Made by a program: the position numbers and the translations under genes
Virus record (IMG/VR): IMGVR_UViG_3300025030_000062
Location: 30,900-94,899 of that record
Direction: 5' to 3' (one strand)
Source of the DNA: a virus
Length of the DNA: 64,000 nucleotides
Shown here: positions 30,404 to 39,771 of the stretch, one piece after another
Layout: each line of letters starts with the position of its first letter
Position numbering within the stretch: position 1 is the first letter of the stretch
The notes under the pieces: generated by a model
What the model saw: the letters and a program-made list of their open reading frames with translations, nothing else
The model's database searches: none
What the model was told of the DNA's origin: nothing

Positions 30404-31411
30404 TTAAATGATAGATTCCCACATACTACAAGCATTAGGTATAGCTTCCTTCGGTACTATAGCATTCCATTGTTCACAGAACCAATTAGCATCTTCGACA
30501 GGTCTGCATTTGATACAACTACGACAATTGACATCAGCAGGTTCGTTAAAGAAGCAAGGATTACGATGATCACAATAAGTACATTCAAAGAACGCAGGAC
30601 TCATGCTAATACCACTCGGCGGCGTTTGAGAAAAGATTATCATCCCCGCTTTGCGTTCCAAGGCCTCACCTAGCGCGTGATCTAGCTTAAGCACTTCGAT
30701 ATGCAATTCATCATCGTTCTTGTTCACAGCCATGTAAATACCGTAGTTCAAGTTCAGCTTATACCCGTAAATTGACATTTGCCGATAGTGCTGAGCTTTC
30801 TTTACCTGCATTCCCTTAGCTACAAGTTCATCAAAGTTCTTACCTTTCTTGCCAACTCCGTTAGTCTTAAATTCGTCCAAGAAAACAACATCTTCGCTAA
30901 TACCGTATTGTGCGGGTAACGTACACATTCCATCAATAGAGCCGCCGAAATGACCTTGACAGGCTGATATACGAATTTGCCGCTTCCCTTTGTCTAGGAT
31001 TACTCCGCGTTTCTCAGCTTCAACTTCGTGAACAGCAATACCTTCAACAAGATCAGCTTCAATGGCTTGGTTAGGGTTAGCATAAAAATATTCGTCACTA
31101 GGAGCATGATAAAAAAGCACCTTATCAAACATCGTAACCTTGCAACCAATCCCCTCAAGGTAACTCACAAAGCGAGGTTCTTCAAAGTGACCGCGCTGAA
31201 ACAGCCGATATTGCCTACCGTCATGAACAGTGTGCTTAATCCAGCGAAAGCTGTACCATAAATGGCGGCAACAGTCGTGACCGATTAAGCTAGCTCCAAG
31301 ATGCGAACGCGGCCCTTCGTTGTAGCGTTTGACACAATAATCATCAATATCAGACTTAATGCGCCGTGCTAGTGCCGGTAGTGCGCCTGGGGATTCGAGG
31401 TTGAGGGTCAT
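30404..31411 (-). CDS. Cas4-like / PD-(D/E)xK exonuclease
   Basis: RSHLGASLIGHDCCRHLWYSFR, GHFGGSIDG, EFKT, QM..Y, CTYCDHRNPC. Confidence 0.85.
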   Translation of the reverse strand: MTLNLESPGALPALARRIKSDIDDYCVKRYNEGPRSHLGASLIGHDCCRHLWYSFRWIKHTVHDGRQYRLFQRGHFEEPRFVSYLEGIGCKVTMFDKVLFYHAPSDEYFYANPNQAIEADLVEGIAVHEVEAEKRGVILDKGKRQIRISACQGHFGGSIDGMCTLPAQYGISEDVVFLDEFKTNGVGKKGKNFDELVAKGMQVKKAQHYRQMSIYGYKLNLNYGIYMAVNKNDDELHIEVLKLDHALGEALERKAGMIIFSQTPPSGISMSPAFFECTYCDHRNPCFFNEPADVNCRSCIKCRPVEDANWFCEQWNAIVPKEAIPNACSMWESII

Positions 31412-32669
31412 TTACTCACCGGTTCAATAAAGCGAACGTCTGTAGTTTCAATATCGGTGACTATATACTGCTTACCTTCCATTTGACTAACATCAGTCCA
31501 GCGAATGTTAAGCGCATAAATAACAACACCATGCTTCGCAGCAATGTTCTCTAAACAAGTAGCAAGTTCCTCGTTGATGCTGTTCATCCTTTACTCCTTT
31601 CCAGCCCAACCAAAGCAAGCGCAATTGGACCGTTCTCGTAGCTATCAACAAGCTCGTTCAGCTTGGTAACACATTCGTTAATTGCAGCTTGATCTTCAGG
31701 AGACATCATTGAAATAGCGCCTTTGAGCATTAGGATTTGGTTTTGCATTTGCATTCTCCGTTTTCCATGTTGTTAGCCAATTGTCGTAACGCCGCTATTA
31801 TGTTAGCAGCGTAGCCTGAATTCGTGCGTTCGTTAGTATTCGTGTCATATAAAGCAACACAAATAAGATTTGAATCTTTGCATTTGTAAAGATCAAGAGC
31901 CAGTTCTTTACCTTTAAGGTTGATCACGTTTAACCCTCCTCAATAGGAACCCAACCGTCGCCAATACTGTAAGCAAGGTCAAGTTCTTCTATGGTATGAC
32001 CTCTAGGAATCTTTACTTTGATGCTAAATCCTTCACACTGAATATAAACTTCTTCAGTCCACATTTCAGATTGATGATAGGTAGGCGTTTGCATCCTCAA
32101 CCCTCCTTCAAAAGTTTAGCCAACTCAGTCTCAGCAATCTTAACTTCAGCCTTGTTAGCTTGACGAATCAGAACAGTTTCACCTTTGTTAATAGCGTGTC
32201 TGATAAACTGCCAATCGCGCCTACCGCCTTTGGTATCGTAGAATTCACCGATACGCGAGCCGCTTTCCTGGTAGTATTTCGGGCCTAGGTAGAAGAGTTC
32301 TATTGACATATCAAACCCCGCTTAAGCATTTCAGCTTCAAACACTTTAACCATTTCGGCGCAATATTCAACGCCGAATCTCCCAGCTTTGCTTGCTGCTC
32401 CATCAGGTAAGAAAGAGTTTCGAGCTTCAACTAAGCGTATATCACCTAGCTCGGATATCTTAACTTTATTGATCTTCATTCAGCTTTCCTTTCTTGCAAC
32501 TTCACAACCGCTAACACTTCATCGTCGCTGACATAATAGCAAGCCGAAATGTGTTCACCTAGTTGAATACCGTCTTTAACATATACGTTATAAATTGAGC
32601 CATCAGCATCGCGCTTAACTATCATGAATTCGGCTTCCATCGCATTGCCTCCTTATAATTGTGGGTAAA

Positions 32670-33038
32670 TTAATGATCAGGTTCGGCGTTTTCATCAATT
32701 CGAGCACCTTCAGGCAAAGCGATATCATCAAATTGCTCAGCAAACGCACAAGCTTCCTGATAAGTTTCAGCAGTAGGACAAGCACCGTCATGTTCATCCA
32801 TCCACATGACACAAAGACCATCTAAAGCATTCTGCAAAGGGCAATCATTACAACCAACTTCGTCATTACCGGCAAATTCAGGATTTTCAACTTTCATTCG
32901 GTTTCTCCTTTGGGGGTTAAAGTAGCCTACTGGAATTGGTTCAAGGTCAGGAGCGCCACATTCTCTGCACTCAGTAGCATCAGCGTCGTTATCAGCTTCA
33001 CACCATTCGCAAACTTTAAAGTCAATTTCCGGTTGCAT
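32670..33038 (-). CDS. Zn-ribbon fused to a Cys-rich module (internal start at 32897; paralog of 41176..41340)
   Basis: CEWC...CRECG; internal AAGGAG+ATG begins MKVENP...CNDCPL...CPTAETYQ. Confidence 0.5.
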   Translation of the reverse strand: MQPEIDFKVCEWCEADNDADATECRECGAPDLEPIPVGYFNPQRRNRMKVENPEFAGNDEVGCNDCPLQNALDGLCVMWMDEHDGACPTAETYQEACAFAEQFDDIALPEGARIDENAEPDH

Positions 33039-33393
33039 AACTTCTCCGCTCCTTCATCTTAAACTTTTGCCCCTCAGTACAAGGACCGCAATGTTCGCCA
33101 AGCTCGCTATCTTCTCGCATATAATGACAATTACCACAACTGAGTTGTGTAGGATCAATTTGTTTATAAGTTTCTTCGCGTTCTTTAGGAGGTGAGTTTA
33201 ATACTAACAGTTCACGTTCGCAGGTTTTGCAACAGGTTGTTCGTGTTTTATAATCGTTTAAGCTTTCTTTGGGTTTTCGGAAGAATCTAATGCAGCAACT
33301 AGGGGCTTCACAAACTTTACCAGGATCAGGCATACGGCGGGAGTGAGTTAATGCAGGGGAAACACCTTCGCGGATCGTTTGGAGCAAACTCAT
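33022..33393 (-). CDS. Cys-rich hypothetical protein
   Basis: RBS AGGAGG; downstream of promoter 33458-33486. Confidence 0.5.
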   Translation of the reverse strand: MSLLQTIREGVSPALTHSRRMPDPGKVCEAPSCCIRFFRKPKESLNDYKTRTTCCKTCERELLVLNSPPKEREETYKQIDPTQLSCGNCHYMREDSELGEHCGPCTEGQKFKMKERRSYATGN

Positions 33394-33457
33394 GCAAAGT
33401 CCTCCTTAAATTAAATATCAGAACAAGGTCATCAGGTGATTCGTCAGAACGAGTTCA

Positions 33458-33486
33458 TTTATACTTCATCCAAAAGTTCATTTCAA
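33458..33486 (-). promoter_or_regulatory. Sigma-70-type promoter
   Basis: Minus strand TTGAAA-17-TATAAA. Confidence 0.6.
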
Positions 33487-33561
33487 GCAAAATGTTTGAT
33501 TAGTTGTGTTATAATTTGCTAATAGATTGCTGAAGGATATTTGCCCACAATTAAGTAAGGC

Positions 33562-33599
33562 TAACAAAGAAGCAGCGCGAGGCCGAAACCTCACGCTAC
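33562..33599 (-). terminator. Intrinsic terminator after SSB
   Basis: Minus strand GTAGCGTGAGG-TTTCGG-CCTCGCGCTGC-TTCTTTGTT. Confidence 0.75.
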
Positions 33600-33613
33600 C
33601 GATTTTGCTAGCC

Positions 33614-34303
33614 TTACTTACCGGCCCAAGGAGGAGCAGCTGCACCAGCGGCAGGCTGCGGAGCTGCCCAAGTCGGTTGAGCCGGGGCTGCGGGTGCTGC
33701 GCCGTTCCAAGCAGGAGCGGCAGGCGCAGCAGGTTGAGCCTGAGCCGGTGCGGGAGCAGCGCCCCATGCAGGAGCCGCCTGCTGAGGCGCGGCAGGCTGT
33801 ACGGGAGCCTGGGGCGCTTGCTGCGGCGGGGCGGGAGGGGCTGGGGCGGCTGCGGGGCCAGCACCATTGGACTTGCCAGGATCAGAACCGTCCATGTGTT
33901 TGACACCTTTAATCTCTGTCATGTCGGCGTCGTCCGCGTTAGCTTTCTTTTGCAGTCCTACTACACCACGGAAAGGCTGATTATGAAGCTGAGAAGAATC
34001 AACAGCGTCAGGATTGTTGCAAACATGACAGAGCGCGGAAAGTTGTCGCGCTGCAATTTCAACGGTTTTGGCATTTTCGTTGAAAAGGTTAATGCGGTAC
34101 TTTCCTTCCTGTCCAGTGTGCTCGCCTTCGATAATGCGAACGTTCAGTTCAAGATAACCGTTATTTGCGTTACCTTTGGATGCTTTCATTTCGGAAGCGG
34201 TAATGACCATAGGCCATCCATCAGAAGACGAAATGGGAAGCTGTGAGAAATTACCCTGCGGTGCTACGGTGCGTGCGGAAAAACCTTGTGGAAACTGAGC
34301 CAT
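33614..34303 (-). CDS. Single-stranded DNA-binding protein (DUF669-like)
   Basis: YLEL...IIEGEH.G....RINL.N......IA..QLSALC; Pro/Ala/Gln-rich tail ending PPW; near AAA_24 gene. Confidence 0.75.
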   Translation of the reverse strand: MAQFPQGFSARTVAPQGNFSQLPISSSDGWPMVITASEMKASKGNANNGYLELNVRIIEGEHTGQEGKYRINLFNENAKTVEIAARQLSALCHVCNNPDAVDSSQLHNQPFRGVVGLQKKANADDADMTEIKGVKHMDGSDPGKSNGAGPAAAPAPPAPPQQAPQAPVQPAAPQQAAPAWGAAPAPAQAQPAAPAAPAWNGAAPAAPAQPTWAAPQPAAGAAAPPWAGK

Positions 34304-35055
34304 TACATTACTCCTTCTGTTGTGGGTTGAGGTTGCGGCCAAGGCCATACTACCGATTTTAGATGTTGAATTATTGCTCGATCCCTCCTTATCTCTTCAA
34401 TGTCGTTAAGTTTAGCAAACTCTCCGAAAAACTTAATTGCTGCGTCATTGTAAGCTATTGCTGCGTCAACAGCGTTATCAAATGTTCCCAACCAATTTAT
34501 TTTACCGTTGAAAGTTATTTTAGCATTATATTTGCCTAGTGATAAGCCAACACCTTTTATACCGGTCACGTTATCTTTATGTGTGTTTCTGTTAAAACTG
34601 TTTTCTTGATTTGTGCAAGGTCTTAAATTTTCTTTACTGTTGTTTAATTTATTTCTGTCAATATGATCATATTGTATCCTATTTCCCATAATAACATGAT
34701 GAATCTTTCCCATTTTATGATGCGCTACATATCCTTTAGTTTGTAACGACCATTTAATTTTGGAAATTTTTGGAATATCTTCAGTGTCTACTATGGTTCT
34801 TTCAATTACCTCACCTTTTCTATTATATAAAAACATAAATGATAATTTACCATCTATTGGTTCAAATTCGTTAGGTGTAAATCTAGTACGAGAAAGAATT
34901 TTACCGTGCTTCTTGAATTGTTGAAAATGATTATAACAGAATCCGATTCCATAGTATTCGAGATTACATCCTTCAACCTTGCAAGGTTCAGTATGTTTTC
35001 TAGGACGTTTCTGAACAGCAACATCTTGTATGATAAACTCTTCAGAAACGTCCAT
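34303..35055 (-). CDS. HNH homing endonuclease with AP2 domain
   Basis: DHIDRNKLNNSKENLR; TGIKGV...WLGTF....DAAIAYNDAA...FGEFA. Confidence 0.85.
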   Translation of the reverse strand: MDVSEEFIIQDVAVQKRPRKHTEPCKVEGCNLEYYGIGFCYNHFQQFKKHGKILSRTRFTPNEFEPIDGKLSFMFLYNRKGEVIERTIVDTEDIPKISKIKWSLQTKGYVAHHKMGKIHHVIMGNRIQYDHIDRNKLNNSKENLRPCTNQENSFNRNTHKDNVTGIKGVGLSLGKYNAKITFNGKINWLGTFDNAVDAAIAYNDAAIKFFGEFAKLNDIEEIRRDRAIIQHLKSVVWPWPQPQPTTEGVM

Positions 35056-35095
35056 TCTTCATTACTCCTTGTGTTTGGTGTGATACTGCTTGTGG

Positions 35096-35317
35096 TTAAG
35101 TGTGCTCAATAACGTAATCAATCGCGTCCTGAACAGTAGTAATCTTCTCAGCTTCTTCATCAGGAATATCAATTTCAAACTCTTCCTCTATCTCCATAAT
35201 TAGTTCCACTGTGTCGAGCGAATCAGCACCAAGCTCTTCAAAGGTCTGATCGTTCCTTACTTCTTCAACGCCAAGAGTGTCTTCAACAATTTCTTTTACT
35301 TTTGCTTCAATACTCAC
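35096..35317 (-). CDS. acpP: Acyl carrier protein
   Basis: [11 protein letters not shown] phosphopantetheine-attachment motif and [22 protein letters not shown]. Confidence 0.93.
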   Translation of the reverse strand: MSIEAKVKEIVEDTLGVEEVRNDQTFEELGADSLDTVELIMEIEEEFEIDIPDEEAEKITTVQDAIDYVIEHT

Positions 35318-35535
35318 TTTGCTTCCTCCTTTAGTAGTTCCTCAATCCTAAGAACTGAGATTTGTATATCATCTTCGAGAATCATTACTTTGTTAGGTAG
35401 AATTGGTTTAATACTTAACCTTAACCTCTCATACTGTTCATCGCGCAAATGGCCTTTCAGCCTAAGCACAACAATATCATCAGGCTTAAGTGAAAGAATT
35501 TGACCGTCAATAAACTCAATTTCTTTGAATTCCAT
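35314..35535 (-). CDS. Hypothetical protein
   Basis: RBS AAGGAG; overlaps ACP start. Confidence 0.55.
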   Translation of the reverse strand: MEFKEIEFIDGQILSLKPDDIVVLRLKGHLRDEQYERLRLSIKPILPNKVMILEDDIQISVLRIEELLKEEAK

Positions 35536-35925
35536 TTACTTCTCCTTTTAGTTGAAAGCTTCAATGCCTAAGCACAGCCTTCCGGCGTTCAATCCGTCAC
35601 GTCGCCGCCCGATGGAAAATGCGCGGAGGGAAGCACGCGCCCCGCTAAAACGCAGCGAACGTTTCAGACTCTAACCCTTTCTATACGGAGGTGTTCTAGC
35701 GGGTTTAAATCATACCTTTAGCAATCTGGCTAGCTCTACGAGCTATTTCCCTAGCGCCTTGGTGCGGCGAATACTTTGAGGTTCTGATACGTTTGGTGCT
35801 GAAAGCAATTGCTCTAGCCGATCTTTCATTTACGCCGCGTGCGATAAGCTCTTTGAAGAAAGCACCGATACTACCGAGTCGAAATTCTGTGTTCATCCTT
35901 AATCCTCCTTTAATGTGGGTAAAAG

Positions 35926-36768
35926 TTATGCTTCCCGATTGAATACATCAATGCCACTGGCTGAGTAAATGGCTTGAGCTAAGTAATTCCAGGGCTGCTC
36001 TTTAGCTATGGAGATTTCACCTTTGATACCGAACCTATTACCAGCTACGTAAGCAGGAGTACGCTCAAGACCCATAATACGACCTTTATTTGCGCTGATG
36101 CCTTGAGTGAAACTTTCACTAGCTTTACTTACGAACATTGGTTCATGTAAGAAGCCTACGATGTCGGCCCATTGACAAAGTATCTCGCGCTTGCCGTAGT
36201 TCTTATTGTCTTTAGGTGAATGAAGAAGCAAATCCCAACAGTTGAACTCACCGGCTGAAGGATCAAGCATCTTAGAAGCAAATACGTGGCAAGTTATCAC
36301 AATATTAATTCCACCGTGAATAGCAAGATCATCAAGCGAGCGAAGGAAGCTAACGAACAAAGCATTTGCGTAATCGTAAGCTTTACCATAACCACCTAAT
36401 GCGCTGTTCATAGTAATACCTTTTTTGTTGCCTACTGTCCAGCCTGGATCAGCTTGAAGAGTTTTATCATGAATCAACGCTTCCAATGAAGTAGCTGAAT
36501 CAAGCACAAGTGTTTTGAACTTGAACTGTTTCTTCTGAGCAGCGGCTGTAATTTCAGCTATAAGCCCTGTTGCTTCATCAAAAGTCTTGAGCATAGGTGT
36601 CTTATTAACTGAAATACCAATGTAACCAGTTTCAAGAGGAACAAGCAATGCACCAGGAGCATTACAAGCGGTTGTGGTCTTTCCTAGTTTCTCTTGGCCG
36701 CTGATCACAACCCTTATTCCAGTTTGTGTAACCGCGCTGTGACTCACCTGTTGAAGAAAGTTACTCAT
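35926..36768 (-). CDS. AAA_24 (Sak4-like) ATPase
   Basis: GQEKLGKTT Walker A; TLVLDS Walker B; GGYGKAY; AGNRF. Confidence 0.85.
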   Translation of the reverse strand: MSNFLQQVSHSAVTQTGIRVVISGQEKLGKTTTACNAPGALLVPLETGYIGISVNKTPMLKTFDEATGLIAEITAAAQKKQFKFKTLVLDSATSLEALIHDKTLQADPGWTVGNKKGITMNSALGGYGKAYDYANALFVSFLRSLDDLAIHGGINIVITCHVFASKMLDPSAGEFNCWDLLLHSPKDNKNYGKREILCQWADIVGFLHEPMFVSKASESFTQGISANKGRIMGLERTPAYVAGNRFGIKGEISIAKEQPWNYLAQAIYSASGIDVFNREA

Positions 36769-37212
36769 TTATACTCCTTGAACTTAAACCAGGAATCTGT
36801 TCTCACTCGTTTACATTTCGGACATTGCACCTTAACTGTAGTAATCTTACCTATCGTTTGCTTGGTGTTCGGTACTTGGTTCATTGGTATCAAACAGCTT
36901 GAGCATTTCATCGTAACTAACCGTTAGACCGTAATGCAACACAACCCATGTTCAGGTCCAGACCATTTTCCTTTCCACATTTCAAGTTTGGCACAATGCA
37001 AAGTTGCGTTCTGTGTTACATTTCCACGCCAACCGGGAGGAATGAATAGACATGCTTCTCTAAAATTGCTATTCGGATTAGTGAATATCTGAACTATTGC
37101 TAAAACACTAGTACCGTCAGGCGTAAGTCCTGTGTAAAAGAAATCACCGTCTTCTTTCGGTGGATTAATACGCCATTCATATTTTCTTGTCACTAAACAC
37201 CTCGTTCTTCCA

Positions 37213-37416
37213 TTACAGATACCCCATAACAGCACCAAGCGGCGGCATGAAGATACCAATGATTCGCAAAATAATTTGACTGTTGAGCGCGTTAAAGTCA
37301 AGAGGAATTAACTTAACAATGTTCATAACCCAACCGCAACTACCGCCGACTGCAATAGCGAAAACGAACAGAATTAAGCCGTACTCGAATGGCGTGTATC
37401 CTTTGTTGTAGCGCAT
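37213..37416 (-). CDS. Small membrane protein
   Basis: Two hydrophobic segments; GW..NIVKL...RIIGIF.PPLG.VMG. Confidence 0.6.
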   Translation of the reverse strand: MRYNKGYTPFEYGLILFVFAIAVGGSCGWVMNIVKLIPLDFNALNSQIILRIIGIFMPPLGAVMGYL

Positions 37417-37514
37417 TTGTTACCTCCTTAAGATTGACCTTTCTTAATCTCAGCAAGCAGCACAGCCAGGGTGCAATCAGTAGCCGTCTTGTCATCACGC
37501 CAGCGCCGGAACCT

Positions 37515-38459
37515 TTATAGTAAAGCAAGCTGCTCGGATGTCATGTCAGAAGGATCACGGAAAGCTTTGAAAACTAAAATTCTAGGCTTGTCAACACATC
37601 CGATTTCTTGATATTTGAAAGTTGCTATTTTGTCAACAAATTCTTTTTGATTTTCCCAAATATATTTAGCCTCGGCGTGAGTCAACTTACCGCAACCTAG
37701 TTTAAAATCGCCCCATTTCTTGTTTCTGACAAGAAATTTACCTAAAGTGTTAGCAGGAACCATACCTTCTTGTGATTGACTGCGTTTGGCGTATCCTAAT
37801 TCATTTTGAATTGATTCGTTCGTATTCATCATGCGTTCTTCAAAACCAACTATGATACACTCTTCGTCTACAAAAGGTTTACGTTTTAACAATTCTTGAC
37901 CTTTAAGCGTACTTCTGCCAAACTTATATTTACCTGTCAACTCACGAATCATAATACCTTCATAACCGTCAGACAAGGCTTGTTCTTCAAAAGCTAACAG
38001 TTCTGTCAAGTTATTACAAACAACTTGAGGTAGAAGTTTTATAAACGAAGGAATTAGATCAGCGTTTACTGAAAAACAACTGTGCAAATAACCGTATCGC
38101 TGGTTAAAAGAGCGTTCATCATTCCAATTGTCAAATACCCACATTGTGAAGTTAGGTGTTCCTGAAGAATTCATAATTGCCGAGCTAACCAAATTAAACG
38201 GATGTGTACCAGGAATTTGAGGCTTTTCGATGTCAGTAAGTAAAAGTTCAGAATCAAATCCTTCAAAACAGTTCAAGTAAGGATCGTTGGTTATGGAGTT
38301 AAATATGTGAGCGTTTCTAATGTCCTTAAGAGTGTTAGACAACGGTTTGCCGTCTTTAATTACGCAGCGAATGCCGTCAAGTTTAAGCGAAGCTGCTAAA
38401 GGGAAGCGTAATTGACTTAGATGTTTATCTTCACAGGTTTCTGCTTTCATAGGTTTCAT
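37515..38459 (-). CDS. ATP-dependent DNA ligase
   Basis: KLDGIR (motif I), FDSEL, VFD, GYEGIMIR, YKFGRS, LLKRK. Confidence 0.92.
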   Translation of the reverse strand: MKPMKAETCEDKHLSQLRFPLAASLKLDGIRCVIKDGKPLSNTLKDIRNAHIFNSITNDPYLNCFEGFDSELLLTDIEKPQIPGTHPFNLVSSAIMNSSGTPNFTMWVFDNWNDERSFNQRYGYLHSCFSVNADLIPSFIKLLPQVVCNNLTELLAFEEQALSDGYEGIMIRELTGKYKFGRSTLKGQELLKRKPFVDEECIIVGFEERMMNTNESIQNELGYAKRSQSQEGMVPANTLGKFLVRNKKWGDFKLGCGKLTHAEAKYIWENQKEFVDKIATFKYQEIGCVDKPRILVFKAFRDPSDMTSEQLALL

Positions 38460-39013
38460 TTAGAATAATCCTTTGCTCAATGTGGTTTTCTTTAGGCTGA
38501 TTATCTGCGAACTCTTTGAAATATAGTAATTCGGCTTTTCTTCGTTCTTCAATGGCGTCTTCTATGTTTTTAAAGAATCCTAAATGAATTTGCTTTTTAT
38601 TACAAGAAATATAAGCACGATATGAGTCTCTGGCTTTGTAAAAGCTAACTCCACTTACTCTTGTTTTGCTATTGTTAGGCGTTTTCCTGTTTCTACAATT
38701 TTGCGCTTTAGTACATATTCTAAGGTTTTCACGCCGATTGTCCAAAGTGTTTCTATCAATATGATCAACAACCATAAATTCTGTAACATCCATTATGAAT
38801 CTATGTAGAAGAATTAATTCGTTTTGCTCGGTTCTGCATCTGACATACAATATCCCTTTATTGCGGTGTATATACCAACTTTCTTTCTTAACTTTTTCAA
38901 CATTCTTCAAGTGAAATTAAAACTCTATTGCTTTCACTCCAATCCCTAAAGTATATAACTAGTACAGCGTGATCTTCTTTTATTAAAATTTCATTAGGTG
39001 GCTTTCTAGGCAT
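38431..39013 (-). pseudogene. Frameshifted HNH-AP2 homing endonuclease
   Basis: ATG at 39013 reads ...ISLEEC-stop; removing one A near 38904 gives ISLEDVEKVKKESW in frame with DHIDRNTLDNRRENLR and the AP2 domain. Confidence 0.7.
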
Positions 39014-39048
39014 TTTTAATTCCTTTGTTGTATCTATTTACAACTCAC

Positions 39049-39077
39049 CTTATACAGAAGTTAATTCAGAGAGTCAA
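39049..39077 (-). promoter_or_regulatory. Sigma-70-type promoter of the HNH cassette
   Basis: Minus strand TTGACT-17-TATAAG with TG extension. Confidence 0.6.
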
Positions 39078-39089
39078 GGGATTCTAAAG

Positions 39090-39764
39090 TTAATTTATAC
39101 TATTAATTCGACCACAACAACGCGGTCCTTCGCTGCAAACACCTTTCGTTACACAAGAGGGACCAAGCTTTGCAAACGTAACCGGCGCAACAGGTTTAAC
39201 AAGCTTATTTACAGTTTCAAAGAGTTCTTTAATCTCCCATTGAGCATGATTACATTCCCGCAAACCGCAAGCATGGTGAATTTCCCTTGCGTTCATCGTA
39301 ACGATAATCTTAGTTTCGCAAGCGTTAGGAGCAATAAACCTAGCGTCTTCAGCAGGAATACCGGCGTTAATAAGAATGTTATAAAATTCACACAAATCGG
39401 CCATTTTGTGTTCAAAAGCTTCGAACATTTCAGGCAAAGCTCGAATAGACGGTGGGATTATATAATTAAATCCATTATTAAATGTAACGTATCTTTGTGA
39501 TTGCTGGCTAAAGCTCGCATGTCTGAATCTGACAAGTTGATGGCTCAACGCTCTCGACACACCTTCAATAGCAAACGTAAAAGAAGCGTGTTCCAGACAG
39601 CTTGTATGCCCACAATTAATGATCTTCTCAATTAGCTTAGCATCGCTCGCTTCGTTAACAAAATCCCAATTGTCGCCAACAAAGCCTTCAGCGTAGCACT
39701 GCCTCGCCGCCGTTGCTATTACGTGATCAGGATCAGGAGTATATGCTTTAAGGAGTACGTTCAT
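39090..39764 (-). CDS. thyX: Flavin-dependent thymidylate synthase
   Basis: GHTSCLEH, SRALSHQLVR.R..SFSQQSQRY, EDARF..PNA, MNARE, AQWEI; ATG at 39764. Confidence 0.9.
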   Translation of the reverse strand: MNVLLKAYTPDPDHVIATAARQCYAEGFVGDNWDFVNEASDAKLIEKIINCGHTSCLEHASFTFAIEGVSRALSHQLVRFRHASFSQQSQRYVTFNNGFNYIIPPSIRALPEMFEAFEHKMADLCEFYNILINAGIPAEDARFIAPNACETKIIVTMNAREIHHACGLRECNHAQWEIKELFETVNKLVKPVAPVTFAKLGPSCVTKGVCSEGPRCCGRINSIN

Positions 39765-39771
39765 TTCGTTA

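Noticed and set aside
30404-31411. CRISPR-associated cas4
   Set aside because: Stand-alone Cas4-like exonuclease in a phage recombination module; no cas1/cas2 or array
33411-33455. Hammerhead ribozyme (CTGACGA and CTGATGA on the minus strand)
   Set aside because: No GAAA after a stem II and no closing stems
33478-34246. ORFs 33478..33906 (-), 33527..34246 (+), 33694..33903 (+)
   Set aside because: Alternative-frame or antisense shadows of the GC-rich SSB tail
35545-35704. tRNA or c-di-GMP/cGAMP riboswitch
   Set aside because: No T-loop, cloverleaf or GEMM consensus; kept only as an unclassified structured segment
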